A DNA stretch of 64,000 nucleotides from Callorhinchus milii (Eukaryota). Position 1 is the first letter of the stretch; every line of letters starts with the position of its first letter. The stretch is taken from positions 30,256,001 through 30,320,000 of the forward strand of contig NW_024704747.1 of the NCBI RefSeq assembly GCF_018977255.1, read 5' to 3'. The translations under genes and the position numbers were made by a program. The notes beneath the pieces were generated by a model, which worked only from the letters and a program-made list of their open reading frames with translations, made no database searches and was not told the origin of the DNA. This document shows positions 40,280 through 54,172 of this stretch, piece after piece.

Positions 40280-41551
40280 ATTAAAGCTGTTACTTCAGAA
40301 GTCGTATCAAATCCTTACACTGAGTTTTGAACCGTGCAAGAATAATAGGATAATAATCCTTCCATTTGACAAAGCACCTGATCACATCTTTACGTTTAAA
40401 AGCACTTCACAAAATGTACCATAAAGCAAATTGACTGTATACTGATGCCCCTTCTATAGCACTATGTTTACCAATAATTGTCTCTAATATTCAGTAAACC
40501 TCACATAATCAGTTGGGACCAGGCATTTATTACGAACTTATGCAAAGTAATGAGTTACGTCAAACTTGAATAGAACATAAACTCCTGAACAGGACTCAGG
40601 CAATTATATGATTTATACAGACCAGACTTTTATGTGAGTTTTACAGTATATCAAACACAAGGATTATTATTATAATGATTTAGAATGGGATTGCTTAATA
40701 AGGAAATCGGAAGTACATCAGGCTCCAATGTCATCTATTTAAGGAGCTGATTTTCTGCCGGATTGACATGACAAATATCCGGTTAGTTGAATGAGTTCCC
40801 ATTGGCAATATACTTTATTGTCGACTGAACCTTGCTATAATGAACAGCATAACTCATTCTCAGATATTTATACTGGACTCATTTATATGACTGGAACGAG
40901 TTCCCTACAATTGGTCTTATTGACAGTGCATTGTAAAACTTGTGGTTTATTTGGATGCCATATAGATATATAAATATATATAATATATAGATATTATATA
41001 GTGGCTCACATTAGGCAGGCCAATTTACTAGGTGAATGTTTTAATGCCCAACTCAAATAAATAAGACAAGGGCCAGCCAGCAGAGAAGAAAACTAAACAC
41101 AAAGCGTGTCTCTTCACTCATACTTAAAAGAATACAGCTACGCAGTCCTGCGGCCCACAAAGAAACCAAACTGGCTGGAACTGGTCAAGTTTAGGTTTGG
41201 GTTTCTCTCACTGAACAGAAGGCAGTAGCAGTAGGTTACCAGCTGTCAATCAAATTAATTATACAGAGGGTTTCCCTGGGTCCTGCCTTAACTAGCTAAA
41301 CTAACAGAGGTGGTTCTTTTCTTCTTGTCCTACTGTATGTCGTCTCAATCTCCAAAGTACAATGACAGAAATGGGACGATTGATTTGTATTTGGGAACCT
41401 AGTTATTTTTTAGTCAGATTCTGAAATTAGGACTTCTTTTAAAACGCAAAGTAGTTTGAATGACAACAGTTTGTGCCATAGTTGGACTAAGTCTGGATAT
41501 AGAACATAGTGTCTCTTCCTGCTAACATCTGTCTGTGTTTCCCTGCTCTAG

Positions 41552-41977
41552 GTTCTCTCGCTCGGGGCTGATGTTCTGCCAGAGTATAAACTTCAGACAC
41601 CTCGCATCCACAAGCTCACCATCCTCCACTACAGTCCTTTCAAGGCTGTGTGGGATTGGCTTATTTTGCTCCTGGTGATTTACACGGCCATCTTCACCCC
41701 TTATTCTGCGGCCTTTCTACTCAACGACCGTGAAGAGCAGAAGAGAAGGGAGTGCGGTTACTCCTGCAGCCCCCTCAATGTTGTAGACTTAATTGTGGAC
41801 ATTATGTTCATCATAGACATCCTGATCAACTTCAGAACCACCTATGTCAATCAAAATGAAGAAGTGGTCAGCCACCCTGCAAAGATTGCCATCCATTACT
41901 TCAAAGGCTGGTTCCTCATCGACATGGTGGCTGCTATCCCATTCGACCTCCTGATCTTCGGATCCGGGTCAGATGAG
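41552..41977 (+). CDS. KCNH7: KCNH7 exon about 7: S1-S3 of the voltage sensor
   Basis: Boundaries ctctag|GTT...GATGAG|gtaaga; 426 nt. Encodes [18 protein letters not shown]...[18 protein letters not shown]...[27 protein letters not shown]. Confidence 0.98.
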
Positions 41978-43604
41978 GTAAGATTTGAGAATTTAGTTTA
42001 TTTATTATTTTTATTGCGGTTAAAAATTCCCCTGTGAAACGTCAATTCTAGAAGTACCAAATCAATGCACTGCACCAATGAAGTAAATAATAATGATAAT
42101 AATCTTTGCCCTTGATATAGAGCCTTATCACGCCTTCGAGGCGTCTCAAAGCGCTTCACAGAATACACTGTAAAGTGAATTGACTGTTTTGTGGACGAAA
42201 TGCAGCAGCCAATTGCGCACGGAAATATATGGAAAAATGTGCTTACATTAGCTGTAGATAAAAGTGGGATGACTGCATTTGATGGACAGCTTATGAAACC
42301 ATGATGTCTGCAGTTTGTTTGGACACGCAGGAAAACTGAAGTACAAAGCAAGGATGGAGTGGAATGTGAATTTGAATTCAGGGTCGGTTTGTGTTTGGAG
42401 TCCCGGAACATTCATTTATTCATAAAAGCCAAACGCTGATCCTCATAACCCAAATCAATGCATAGATCTACATTGTGAATTCAAGGGAACAAACACACAC
42501 ATCCCTCCTAATTACATACACGCAACAACAACAATTACACTTGTAAAGCAGGGCCACACAGCCCCACGAGACCACCACAATTGGACATATGTTCACCACT
42601 GGATATCAATGTATATTTAGCACAAGAGCATTACAATTGTAATGTACTTCTCTCCACAAGATATTCGTTGAGGACTGGAGGGATGTTTCTTACATCTCAT
42701 TTCTTGACTCCATTCTATCTGAACTATTGCCCTATTTGCATATCTTAAGAAAAATCAAATCGTTTTCAATTTTAAAAATAATTTTGGCCATTTTTTCTTA
42801 AAACCGTTGTTTGAGGAAATGGTGGAAAGGAGGGTGAGAGGGAGGGAAGGAGGGAGGGAGGGAGGGAAGGAATTTCCTGCAATTTTTTAATTGGTGGTGA
42901 TTGTTTGTGGGAATTGTAATGGAGATTCAGTGGGTAAATGTTGGTGTTGTTTGCCTTCTGTGTCAGGACAACTGCAATCTCGTCACGTGGTGGAATCTTC
43001 TCAGTTCTGAATGCACAGGAGAACTGGTCACAAAGCTGGGTTTCAGCATCTGTTGCTTTGACAATCAGACCTACCAGCTGTGTTCAGAAAGGGCAGCGAT
43101 ATAAAAATAGCATCACCTGGCAAGAGGACAAAATGGATGTTTACGTAGTCAATAAACATAGCATTTTGCCATCTAAACCTCCAGCGGTTATCATTGTGAC
43201 ATCAATAAAAGTTGACATTTTAATAGATAATAAATATAGATATCCCATAAATTATTATTCATGCCGCATTCATTTGGAGACAACACAGTTCAGGGAATTA
43301 ATGTTCAGAAATCTTTAAAAAAACGCTACGGGTACACATCTAAATTAAGAGGTGACAAGCAACAGGATGTCAATCATCATCTAAGAGCAAACCGTTTCAA
43401 TGCTCCTGGTGTGAGAATTATTTTTTAAAAAACTGTGTGACTGAAGGAGCTCTGTGACCCAGCAAGCCAGCGGGAGCCTCGGCTTCTGTACAAAGTTCAA
43501 ACGTGAGAGCTTGATCATCTCAGCTGAGCCAGTTACCCAAAGCAGTGAGTGGAGATGAGCCATGTACCTGCTGGATAGACAAGAGGGTGAAATGCCATCA
43601 TCCC

Positions 43605-43880
43605 TGATAACTCCTCATCCCCACCATCCGTGGCCGTGCGCTTTCAGAGACTAACCCCCCAAACTCTGGAACTCTCTCCATCAATCTCCACCTGTTTCCC
43701 CTCTTCCCCATCTTCAGGTCTCACCTGAAGACTTTCCTCTTCAACCGGCCGTGCCTACGGTCACCTTCCGCCTCCCTCCCGGCTCAGTTTTGTGCTCGGC
43801 CACTGTCAAGCGCTCTGGGATGCTGCCCTGTGTGAGGGGTTGAGGGGGGGGGGGGGGGGGGGCGCTATTGTTGTGGTTCT
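43605..43880 (+). mobile_element. L2 LINE 3' end (other L2 ends at about 1930-2110, 2560-2700, 26360-26420, 27110-27245, 27480-27625, 31055-31230, 33757-33850)
   Basis: Shared ctgaagac(c/t)ttcctcttt..., actgt.aagcgct.tggga....gtga.aggcgctat..., and (TTG)n tails. Confidence 0.7.
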
Positions 43881-43924
43881 TATAAGATGAAAGATTACAA
43901 TATTCCACTTGACTATTTTAATAG

Positions 43925-44324
43925 ACGACCACACTGATCGGCCTCCTGAAGACCGCTCGCCTGCTACGGCTGGTGAGAGTGGCCCGGAAACTGGACCGAT
44001 ATTCTGAATATGGTGCTGCTGTTCTGATGCTGCTCATGTGTATATTCGCCTTGATTGCTCACTGGTTGGCTTGTATTTGGTATGCAATCGGGAATGTGGA
44101 GAGGCCATACTTGCTGCACAAAATAGGCTGGCTGGACTCTCTGGGACAACAGATAGGGAAACGATATAATTACAGCGATGCCAGCTCAGGGCCGTCCATC
44201 AAGGATAAATATGTGACTGCGCTGTACTTCACGTTCAGCAGTCTGACAAGTGTTGGCTTTGGCAATGTGTCTCCCAACACCAACTCAGAGAAGATCTTCT
44301 CCATCTGCGTCATGCTCATTGGCT
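43925..44324 (+). CDS. KCNH7: KCNH7 exon about 8: S4, S5, turret, pore helix, SVGFG selectivity filter and start of S6
   Basis: Boundaries aatag|ACG...GGCT|gtaagt; 400 nt. Encodes [30 protein letters not shown]...[33 protein letters not shown]. Confidence 0.98.
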
Positions 44325-45510
44325 GTAAGTGGCTTCCCTTTTTGTGCTCAACAGTCATAATGGATGTCAGTTTGCTGTAATCACCCCAAAATGTCATCAG
44401 GCAGGGAATCCAACCCAGGTCCTCGTGCTTGCGAGGCGAGTGCTCCAACCTGGTTTACTCCAAATCCCCCAAGAGTATAGAGGACAGCTCCCTCTACTGT
44501 CTATGGTTCCTGAACCAGCTTTGCTAACTTGTATTAGCGTAGCCTTGTCATTTGGATAAATCTACTGAAACCAGCAGGCTATATTAAACGTAGCCAATAT
44601 ATAAATTGGTTGGTGCGACGGAGACAATACTGTTCAATATCACAGGTTAAATATCACAAGGGCAATGAGTTAAAGCCACACAAAATTTAACTTCAATTAT
44701 CTTTTGCTGCAGGTTTTAATATATAGGGTTAGATTTATGCCTGCGCCAATGTCTTTCGGTCAAACTGATCAATGGGGTGACATTATCCAGATGCTGAGCA
44801 CCACAAACAGAACTAACTAGGGAACATTTAAGCCTGGATAAGGATTATGTATTTAAGTATGTCAATGGAAAGTGATCTCCTGAATGGCAGTCTGTAATTA
44901 AATTTAAGCTATACTAGGCTCAGCTATGCACATACCTGCATTTATTACCCTGCTCTATAGCATTTAGGGTTTGTGAGAAAATGCAGAGTAATGTAAGGGT
45001 GTGCTTGAGTGAAATCCATCTATAAGGATTTACAGGATTTAAAACAATCTAATCTCATTAAAGCCTATATAAATATGAGGGGTGAAATCTCACCTTTTTG
45101 CTAAGAATAGCAGTATTGATAAAGTGAACTGAAATCTGGTTGATACAAATATGATCTTCCTCCACCAGTAAAACTAGCCTTAAAATAATGTTAAACCATG
45201 GTGTTGGAAATATAATAATAATGATAATAATCCTTGCATTGATATAGCGCCTTATCACGTGTTTGAGACGTTTCAAAGCTCTTCACAGAATATACTGCAA
45301 AGTGAATTGACTGTATATTTTGTGAAATACGGCAGCCAATTGCGCACAGCAGCGTCCCACAAACAATCGTGGGTTGATTGACCGAATTATTATTATTTAT
45401 TAATTATATTTTTTATATATATAAATGGTTTAACCTAGACTTTATAATGTTAAAGTTTGAACAATTGTAAAGAGTGCGTAACCGGTCTTATCTGTCTGTC
45501 TTCTCCTTGA

Positions 45511-45807
<297 letters not shown>

Positions 45808-48800
45808 TAAAACAAATGTTCCGTTAACAAGAACAAAACAACATTTGTTTTATATAGCGCTTCTCATGCAGGGTAGCGTCCCATAATAGAGGATTAAATA
45901 ACCACAGCGACACAACTAAGGTAATTGACTCACTCTGCATGTGTTGGTCATAAAGACTGGAATATCTAGGTAGCGCAACTCAATCTGGTATTTACTTATG
46001 GAGCCAGAGTTTGTATACTGAGATCCTATGACGTATCTTACATCTTAAAAATACGACAAACGTGAGGCCCAAATAAACACATTTGCGTTTATCACTGTTA
46101 AAAAGAGTCCATTATAAATGTACACATACGGATAACATTTGTAACCCCAGCGCCAAACATTAAATGGCGCTTAGCTTTTCATTCGGCATTCACAGCCGTC
46201 TTAACTTCTTTGAAAAAATACCATGCGAGTTATCTAAGTGGCAAACCATTCAGCGCACTCAATCATACATCAAGCCTTTCTGAACAGCTCTGACATCTTG
46301 GCATAATAACATCAATGCAAATGTCATCAGAAGAATTGAATTGATGTAGAGCAACACTCGAGACATGTTGTCCCTCCTTATTGTTAATATCACAATGCTT
46401 GCACTACAATTGTTTTGGCTGCTTTGAGACCTGAACCTGAGTTTACTCATAACACTGTGTTTACTGCGTGGCAGAATTTAAAGGGCTTCTGAATTTTAAC
46501 TTGGTTATAAAATAAAATCACAATCCCTGCATTTGATACAGCGCCTCATCACGTCTTCGAGACGTCTCAAAAGCGCTTCACAGGATACACTGTAAAGTGT
46601 AGCGACTGTGTATTTTGTGGGCAAAACGCAGCTGCCAATTGATTTAAAGAGATTTTGAAAACATTGTTCCACAACAACCAATGAACACAGTCTTGTCTTC
46701 CCATTAGTGAAGTTCAGAGGCACAAATACCAAACATAAAACGTCTCCTCTTTGCCTGTGTATTAACACTCTTATTTTTCCTACGTGTATTAATCTGTATT
46801 AATCATGTTTCTCTCCTCGCGTCCAAAACAAATGGACCAATATTAGGTTCATTTGTGTAAAGATAAAAGAAAGATGTCATTGAACGTGTCGTTTACATGC
46901 TGTACTTATAAAAGCTTATCTCTTCCTTGTCTGCTTCACCACTTAATGCTTGGAATAACCCAACTGCCTCTGGTAAGAACAGGAGGTATATGTAACCTGT
47001 CATTGTTGTATACAAGTGTGGAAACTGCCCTCTGTATTTGTTCACTTTACTGACTGAGCTCTTTATTTGGCGCTTTTCTCTCAGTATAATTTTCTGCATG
47101 ACACAGTACTTGGGTAATGTGAATTACAGAGAAATATGGTAAGATGAACTGTGGGAGAAACGTACACAATGCGACGGTTTAACAGAAAAGAAATTGCAGC
47201 TTTTTATGGAACTCGCTGAATAATTAGCTGTAATTTGACCAGCCGCAAAAAAAAAACATGAAACCCACCGTCCACATTACCTCGGTTTTCCTATACTTTC
47301 TTATATGCATATGGTTTGTTAGAGTATTGATGCGAATTACGTTGTAAATGTTTCTATTTTCCACTCGATGTGTGTGATTTTCTTCACGTGTTCACGCTTT
47401 CAGTTCAAACCGTATGCATGCCAACATCTCAAGGCATTAATAGCACCCGCCTCGGCTCTTAAACCATTGTGTGTACTTGTCAGATCTGCATGCATTTTTT
47501 TTTACCCCCCACCCTAAGCAAACTTCTACTGCATGACATTATCAACAGCATTATCATAAGATCTGATAGGCCTCATCATAACAAGAAACCAAAGAGCCAG
47601 ACATTCAGGGTTTCACGATGGACGCTGCAAAGACAAGTCTCCATATTAGTGAGATGAGCAACATCAAAAATAGTGTCATGTACCATCTCTGCCACAGAGT
47701 AGATTGTTTTTTTTTGGAGTCTGACACATGCGGAGGTTGGCTTTCGTAGAAGATAAATTAATAGCTTATCACCTGACCCACACCTTTCTCTGATATCCAC
47801 TGGTTCCAATGACACTCAAAAGGTAGCGGAAGTGGGAAGTGTGGGTGGGGGGAATAAAATCCTTGTGATGTGTAGGTGTATTGCACTTCCTAACATCGAA
47901 TGGAAGGATTCATTTCCACCATCAAATCACTACTTCTGTACATCAAGTAGAAAGTCATACCGCAAGCCTCACTTTCACACAATCACATACTTTTTAGGCG
48001 AATTAAATTTTCATTAGTTTCACTTTCCAGTGAGTGGAGAGAAAGGATTCCATTCATATCTGTATGCATAACACAAACTCCTTTTGCTTTGAGTTTGACA
48101 TGATCAGCATGTAATTGTGAAGCACATTATGTGACATATCTTGAAATGCAATACATTACAAAGCTGTCTGTTACTTGATCTTTACAAATGGATTGTATTT
48201 CAACCTTGTCTGTAAAAATGTTATGACTGCATCGAGATACAAAATTAAGTTCAGAACAAATTATTATTATTACAGCTTCTGTATCTACAGAAGTTAATTA
48301 CAGCCACCATCATTTTTGACAATAACTCAATAATATAATCCAGCCCAGATGATATACTGCGGCAGGAATCATCTGATTTATACACAGGTTTGATATTTAA
48401 ATCAGCCTCAATCTTACTGAATGTGATGATGCTGTAATTTACAAGATTGCTTGCCTGTAAAGCTGAATGTTGTGGGTGGCAATGGATTGCAGTGAAGCAA
48501 GACAAGAAAAGTCAATACATTTCAAAGAAAATCTTGTCAGTCCCATGAATGCTTAGCAGAATTAACTTAAACCAAGGGCTGAGATTAGATAGGATACCAG
48601 TGTTGTGTTTGATAATTTTGCTTTATTTTACTTCTTCTAAAGGTTGACACAGTGAACAACAGATCAATGTCTCTGACTGGTTGTAATCTGTGCAAGTTAT
48701 GTGGGAGTCACATTGCTTTTAACTTATGTTGAGTTGATAAACTTTAATGCAGTCATAGTGAGCTAATGATAGCCATTCATTCATACAAGCAAATACTATG

Positions 48801-49442
48801 TCTGAATGTTGGGGGAATGAATGGTGCCTGAGCAAATTTCTCCCTTTAAAAAAAATGTTGCCATTAACAGGGTGTCTCTAATGAATATGATCTATTCTTG
48901 GGTTTGATCAAATGTAAAACGCAATATAATTATGTCTCAGGCTGACTCACGTGCTGATGTTCACATCTAACATAGAAACTCTTTTATGACCTAAAAATAA
49001 GAGGAATATCACAGACTATAGGGAGAGATTAAAGAGTTGATGTTGGGTCACACATAAACACGATTGTGGTGCTAAATTTCCTGAATTATAACAGCGGGCA
49101 GCAAAGACAAATTCAAAAGGCGTCCAGATAGATTGATGGTGAAAGAAGGGATTGAAGGGAGATAGCAGATTGTAGGTACATTTTGAATCGTGGAGTTGGC
49201 CAGATAGGTTGCAAGGATTTTTCCCCAGACCAGACCTGTACAGTCCTATGTTCCCATTGATAACTGATCTCAGTACTAAACTCCAAGTGTAAAGTGTGGT
49301 TGTGTAGCAGCAGTATTCTCTTGCATGGCACGTGTTGTTATTTAACTTATTAGTTGCTTTACCCATAGATATCTGTGGCTCCAGGTTAGTCATTTTGTCT
49401 TGTTTGTGTTAAACTCTGTTTCTGTGATAAATAATGTACTTT

Positions 49443-49458
49443 GTGCCATCTAGTGGCT
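49443..49458 (-). promoter_or_regulatory. Candidate CTCF site
   Basis: The - strand reads AGCCACTAGATGGCAC, matching the core consensus CCACYAGRKGGCR. Confidence 0.5.
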
Positions 49459-50322
49459 GAGCAAACCTCCAGCACTGGTACTCACTGCGACTGCGCAACT
49501 GAACGTGCATTGAAAAAGGAGCGAAATACTTTAGCATTCATTTCACAGTGCGAAAAACATTTAACCTACTTTACGATTTACGACTTTTAAATAGATCAAA
49601 ATTTCTGATGGAATTTCTCTTTTTTATTATGATTCAAATGTTGCCATGGATCAGTTTTTGTTTTAAAAAAAAATGACGCTATTCCTTCTGTTGGCCAACC
49701 GACGTAAGCTATGAAAGTGTGCGTATTAAAAGCTCATCTGTTCACAATTATTATTTTAATGTTCACAGCATTTGAGTTCTAAGAGCTTTATCACCCACTT
49801 TACAGCACCAGTAACATTACCTTTGAGGCAATCGACTCTGTTTTTTAAAAAAAATTGAAAGTATTTAATAAGCCATGTAGATCTGAAAATATTTTCAGAT
49901 ATTTCTAGCAAGGCCAACAGAGGGGAGAGTGATTGTTTTACAATTTTTTTGGTAATACACATTAGACCTGCCCAGACAGTTACAATCTGAAGGGCAGACC
50001 TGATTCCGCCCTGATGTTTGGAATTTAGAGGTTACCTTTTTGAGGTAAGACCTATTTCCAGCAACAAATGACCAAAATTTCCATAATTCCCATTTGGAAT
50101 TAAGTGCAGACCATGAAAATACCACCCACAGGATTTCCTGGTCAGCCACGTCAGGAATCCATCCCTCAGCCAAAGATTTATCTTAAGAATGTCATTGTTT
50201 CCCCCCCCCCACCCACCCCCATGTTGTGTGATGAACTTAAGACAACGCAGTGAATGATTAGCCGTGTTAGAATTGAAGTCTGTGTCCGTTCTTTGTTGCT
50301 GAGATGTATTTTTTTTCACTAG

Positions 50323-50575
50323 GTCCTCAAGGGTTTTCCTGAATGTCTCCAGGCAGACATCTGTCTCCATCTGAACCAATCATTACTGCAGAACTGCAAA
50401 GCATTCAAAGGAGCCAGTAAAGGCTGCCTCCGAGCATTAGCCATGAAGTTTAAAACCACCCACGCTCCCCCAGGTGACACTTTGGTCCACAGTGGCGACA
50501 TCCTCACTGCTCTCTATTTCATCTCCAGGGGCTCCATTGAAACCCTAAAGGACAACATCGTGGTAGCCATCCTCG
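50323..50575 (+). CDS. KCNH7: KCNH7 exon about 10: C-linker and start of the cyclic-nucleotide-binding homology domain (missing from the + strand ORF track)
   Basis: Boundaries cactag|GTC...CTCG|gtaagt; 253 nt. Hand translation: [84 protein letters not shown](G). Confidence 0.97.
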
Positions 50576-52844
50576 GTAAGTGGATAGGAACCAACTCATG
50601 AAATCAATATTATAATCAATATCACCAGAAAATAAAAAGCTAGTGATGGAACTGGCTTGAGTTTGCGTTGTCCGACTTAGGTGATATGAAGTATTGACGA
50701 TCGAAATATGTCTCTAAAATGAAGAGAACATTTTGCTTGACCCTTTTTCCACAAATCTGTCATTTTCCAGTTTGTGGAATATATACAGAAACGTTACGGG
50801 TTTTTAAAAAAAATTGTGGGACGTGGCTATGAGCAATTGGCCTTGACGTGGGCTTTGTAAACAACATTGCCGGTTTAATGTCAATTAGTCCGAATCAGGA
50901 ATCAAACCCAGAATGGCTGAAGATCCTACAGAAGGACAAATCAGTGTCCAAAAGAGACAATTAGGCCGATATTTTCATTACATCCCTGATTAGAGCAGAA
51001 ATGGTATATATATTTTTTGGGGTCAGCTGAGTACTGACACATGTGGAACACCATCACCATGCTTAACGCATCTCCAAATAAAACTGAGAATTCCAGGCCT
51101 CCCACCTACACATGACAATCCCAGAGATAGATTGTTGGAATGAAATGCGTTCTCTCTCTCTCTCTCTGGAGGGACACATCCTGCTTAGCTAATTCCGGAC
51201 AGTATTAGGCGCAGGTTGAAATGGTAGACGATGGAAGTGAAATCTATAAGATAAAGGAATTCCTCCCTCCCAAACAGCGTTCTTTGCAAGTTGTTAATGG
51301 CACTCGCTAATGGCGATCAGTTTTAACGTCTTCCCAAGGTGCTTTTTTCTGAACTTTCAGCCTGACTCCTATACGCAGACTCTTCTACTGCTTCACTTCT
51401 GATAAAAGGGCCATTAACAAATTGCTAACCTATTGACCTCTACAAGCTAGTTGATCTAGTCTATTTCCAGTATTTCCTATTTTCTATTCGCAAATTGCCA
51501 GTGATCGGTTTGTTTTATTAGTGTCAGATTAAGGGCCGTTCTGCTCTCCCGGTCCAAACACACCAGGATCTCGATCGAGCGCCTTACTTGGATTTCTTAA
51601 TTAAGAAATCCGTTGAGAAATACCTCAAAATCGATCCCTTCAATATCCTCGCAAGGGCTGCGGTAACTGATGTGCATCTGATTTACAACTATTACAATGG
51701 GGAGATATTTATTGTGACCTTTACTGCAGTACATGATGCCTTTGCAAACTGCTCAGGGTCAGGACATGGTCGTGGATTGAGTGGCCAAATTATTATTATT
51801 TTTGGTGACGCTCACTTCAGGAGGATCATGTTTAGAATTGAAATTAAAGAATAAGAAAGTTTAGTAAAAAGAGTTTTCAATGTGAAAGAATTCCACATAA
51901 CAGTCTGCAGCTGCCAGTTTTTAAAGCCGAACACACTTAACTGAGCCATAAATCTGCACAATTAACTATTCTTACTCCAGAGGGTTGCTCTCAGGCCAAT
52001 GACATTTGTTACTGTTACATCATCTGCAGCTTTGATAAGAGCAAATTATCTCGTGACTACCCAAACGCTTGTTTCTTTTATGCCTGTAGATTTTAACTGC
52101 ACCATTTACATACAAATTGGACATGTTGGCAGACACAGAACTCTGTACTGGGACGTCATAAAACCCTGAATATTCAGTAAAGAGCCGGCCACAAAGACCA
52201 CGAGATGAAAACGCTACCAGGGTTTAATAGTAAATAATTGTGCTAGCTAATTGAAGTGTTTAACCCGAATTCATTTCAGCCATTCAAATTAGAGAACGTT
52301 TGTCATTGGGATCTAATTTGCGGCGTTTATTATTGAGAGGTCAGAATTGTACAAACGTGGTCTCCTTCAGCTACAGTCCCGGCTTGACAGAAATCCAAAC
52401 AGGATTCCTCACAGAGAAATCCCTATTGGGAAATGTCGGAAATAGACTCCATTGTATGAATTAGTAAATACAGTAATTCAGAAACCACCCGTGTATCAGG
52501 TCACCTCAATATCAACAGCCTTTAGTAGCTGCTAATTGCGGTTTGGAAACTCAACAGTTGAAAATGAATTGAATTTTTGTAAATGTTCAACGTTATTCCA
52601 TTGTCGTACAATGTTTAGGTCACAGTGACCCGAGAACAAATTACTGGCACAGTTCAGAAATGTTCTGTCAATTATACCCCTCACGGCTCCTAGTGTTATG
52701 ATTAGTTGGTTATTACTGTACGTCATACAGCACAATAAAGCTCCACACACTGGTGATCCGTTCAACAAATAACTCTTAGTCCAGCTCAGCCTTGTTCTAA
52801 ATTGATTCTGCTTTGATGTAAAGAATGGAAATGCCAGAGAGTAG

Positions 52845-52975
52845 ATTGGAAAAAGTCGAAAAGGAAGGTCTTTAGACACGGTCTGAAGATGGGGAAGGAA
52901 GGGGCAAGGCGGAGGGATAGAGCGAGAGGGTTCCAGAGTTTCGGGGCGTAGAGGTTGAAAGCACAGCCACCGAAT
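52845..52975 (-). mobile_element. L2 LINE ORF2 C-terminal fragment
   Basis: Translates to AFNLYAPKLWNPLALSLRLAPSFPIFRPCLKTFLF, typical of the L2 ORF2 end. Confidence 0.75.
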
Positions 52976-53966
52976 AAGAATATTATCGTAAAAAAAATCA
53001 CGCTGTTAGATTTACATACTGTAGACTAGATTGGGAATCCTCGTGCTAATAGTTAGCTCTAAACACAGTGGCCTTAATAGCTGATTGAATGGGCTGATAA
53101 GTGAACATTTGAAACCCAAGAGTAAGTGTTCAGCTACTCCTGTAATAGCTCAATGTGGTGTCTTTTAAAAAGTACTTTGCACTTGTCAGCAAAGATCTAT
53201 TGTCGCACTTTCTCGCAGTTTAACCTTCAGGCTCAGGTGCCACATTACAAAATTAAACTAACATTCATCAAAGTGTGATAGTACTTGGCTTTTCAGGTTA
53301 TTGACAAATCCTTTGTATAATTAGGTTATTTCTCACTGTCTGGGCTGATATTGAGCAGGTGTTCAAAGCTAAATCTTACTAAAACTACTCATTTTTCACG
53401 AGATAAATGGCCTTCAGAGTAAATCTTGACATAATAGGGCCACTCAGCAGTGAATCTATTGCACATCTTTCTCTCGCCGTGTTGTTATAATACATTTCTG
53501 AAGGTCAATAATGTTCCTTTTCGACTATAACATAGAAATTAGCTTTGTTGTGTCATTCAAATATCCTGCCCACAGTATGTATACTGTTATATTACTGTGA
53601 CTATACTATGTTTACAACAACAACTTGTGTTTATATAGTGCCCTTCACACGGGGTAGTGTCCCGGAGCTCTTGATAGCGTCGGAGTCTAACCCTCAATCC
53701 ACAACTGGAGTTGGTCGCTCAATCCACGACTGTTTGTGGGACAGACGCTGCTGTACGCAATTGGCCGCCGTGTTTCACCCACAAAATACACAGTCCATTC
53801 ACTTTACAGTGTATCACGTGAAGCGCTTTGAGACGTCTCGAAGACGTGATGAGGCGCTGTATCAAGTGCCAGGATTATTATTGTTATTACTATTAACCAT
53901 TCAACAAAACATGCTGTATATCAAAAGAAGTTTTGATTTTAAAACAAATGTCTGTTTTGTGTCCAG

Positions 53967-54172
53967 GCAAAAACGATATCTTTGGTGAAATGATTCATCT
54001 TTATGCCAAACCCGGAAAATCGAATGCAGATGTGCGTGCCCTGACTTACTGCGACTTGCATAAGATCCAGCGGGAAGACCTCTTAGAAGTCCTGGATATG
54101 TATCCGGAATTTTCCGACTACTTTTTAACCAACTTAGAACTCACGTTCAATCTAAGAGATGATGAGTCAAAG
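53967..54172 (+). CDS. KCNH7: KCNH7 exon about 11: CNBHD C-terminal half, including the FNL intrinsic ligand
   Basis: Boundaries tccag|GC...TCAAAG|gtaagg; 206 nt. Encodes [68 protein letters not shown]. Confidence 0.97.
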
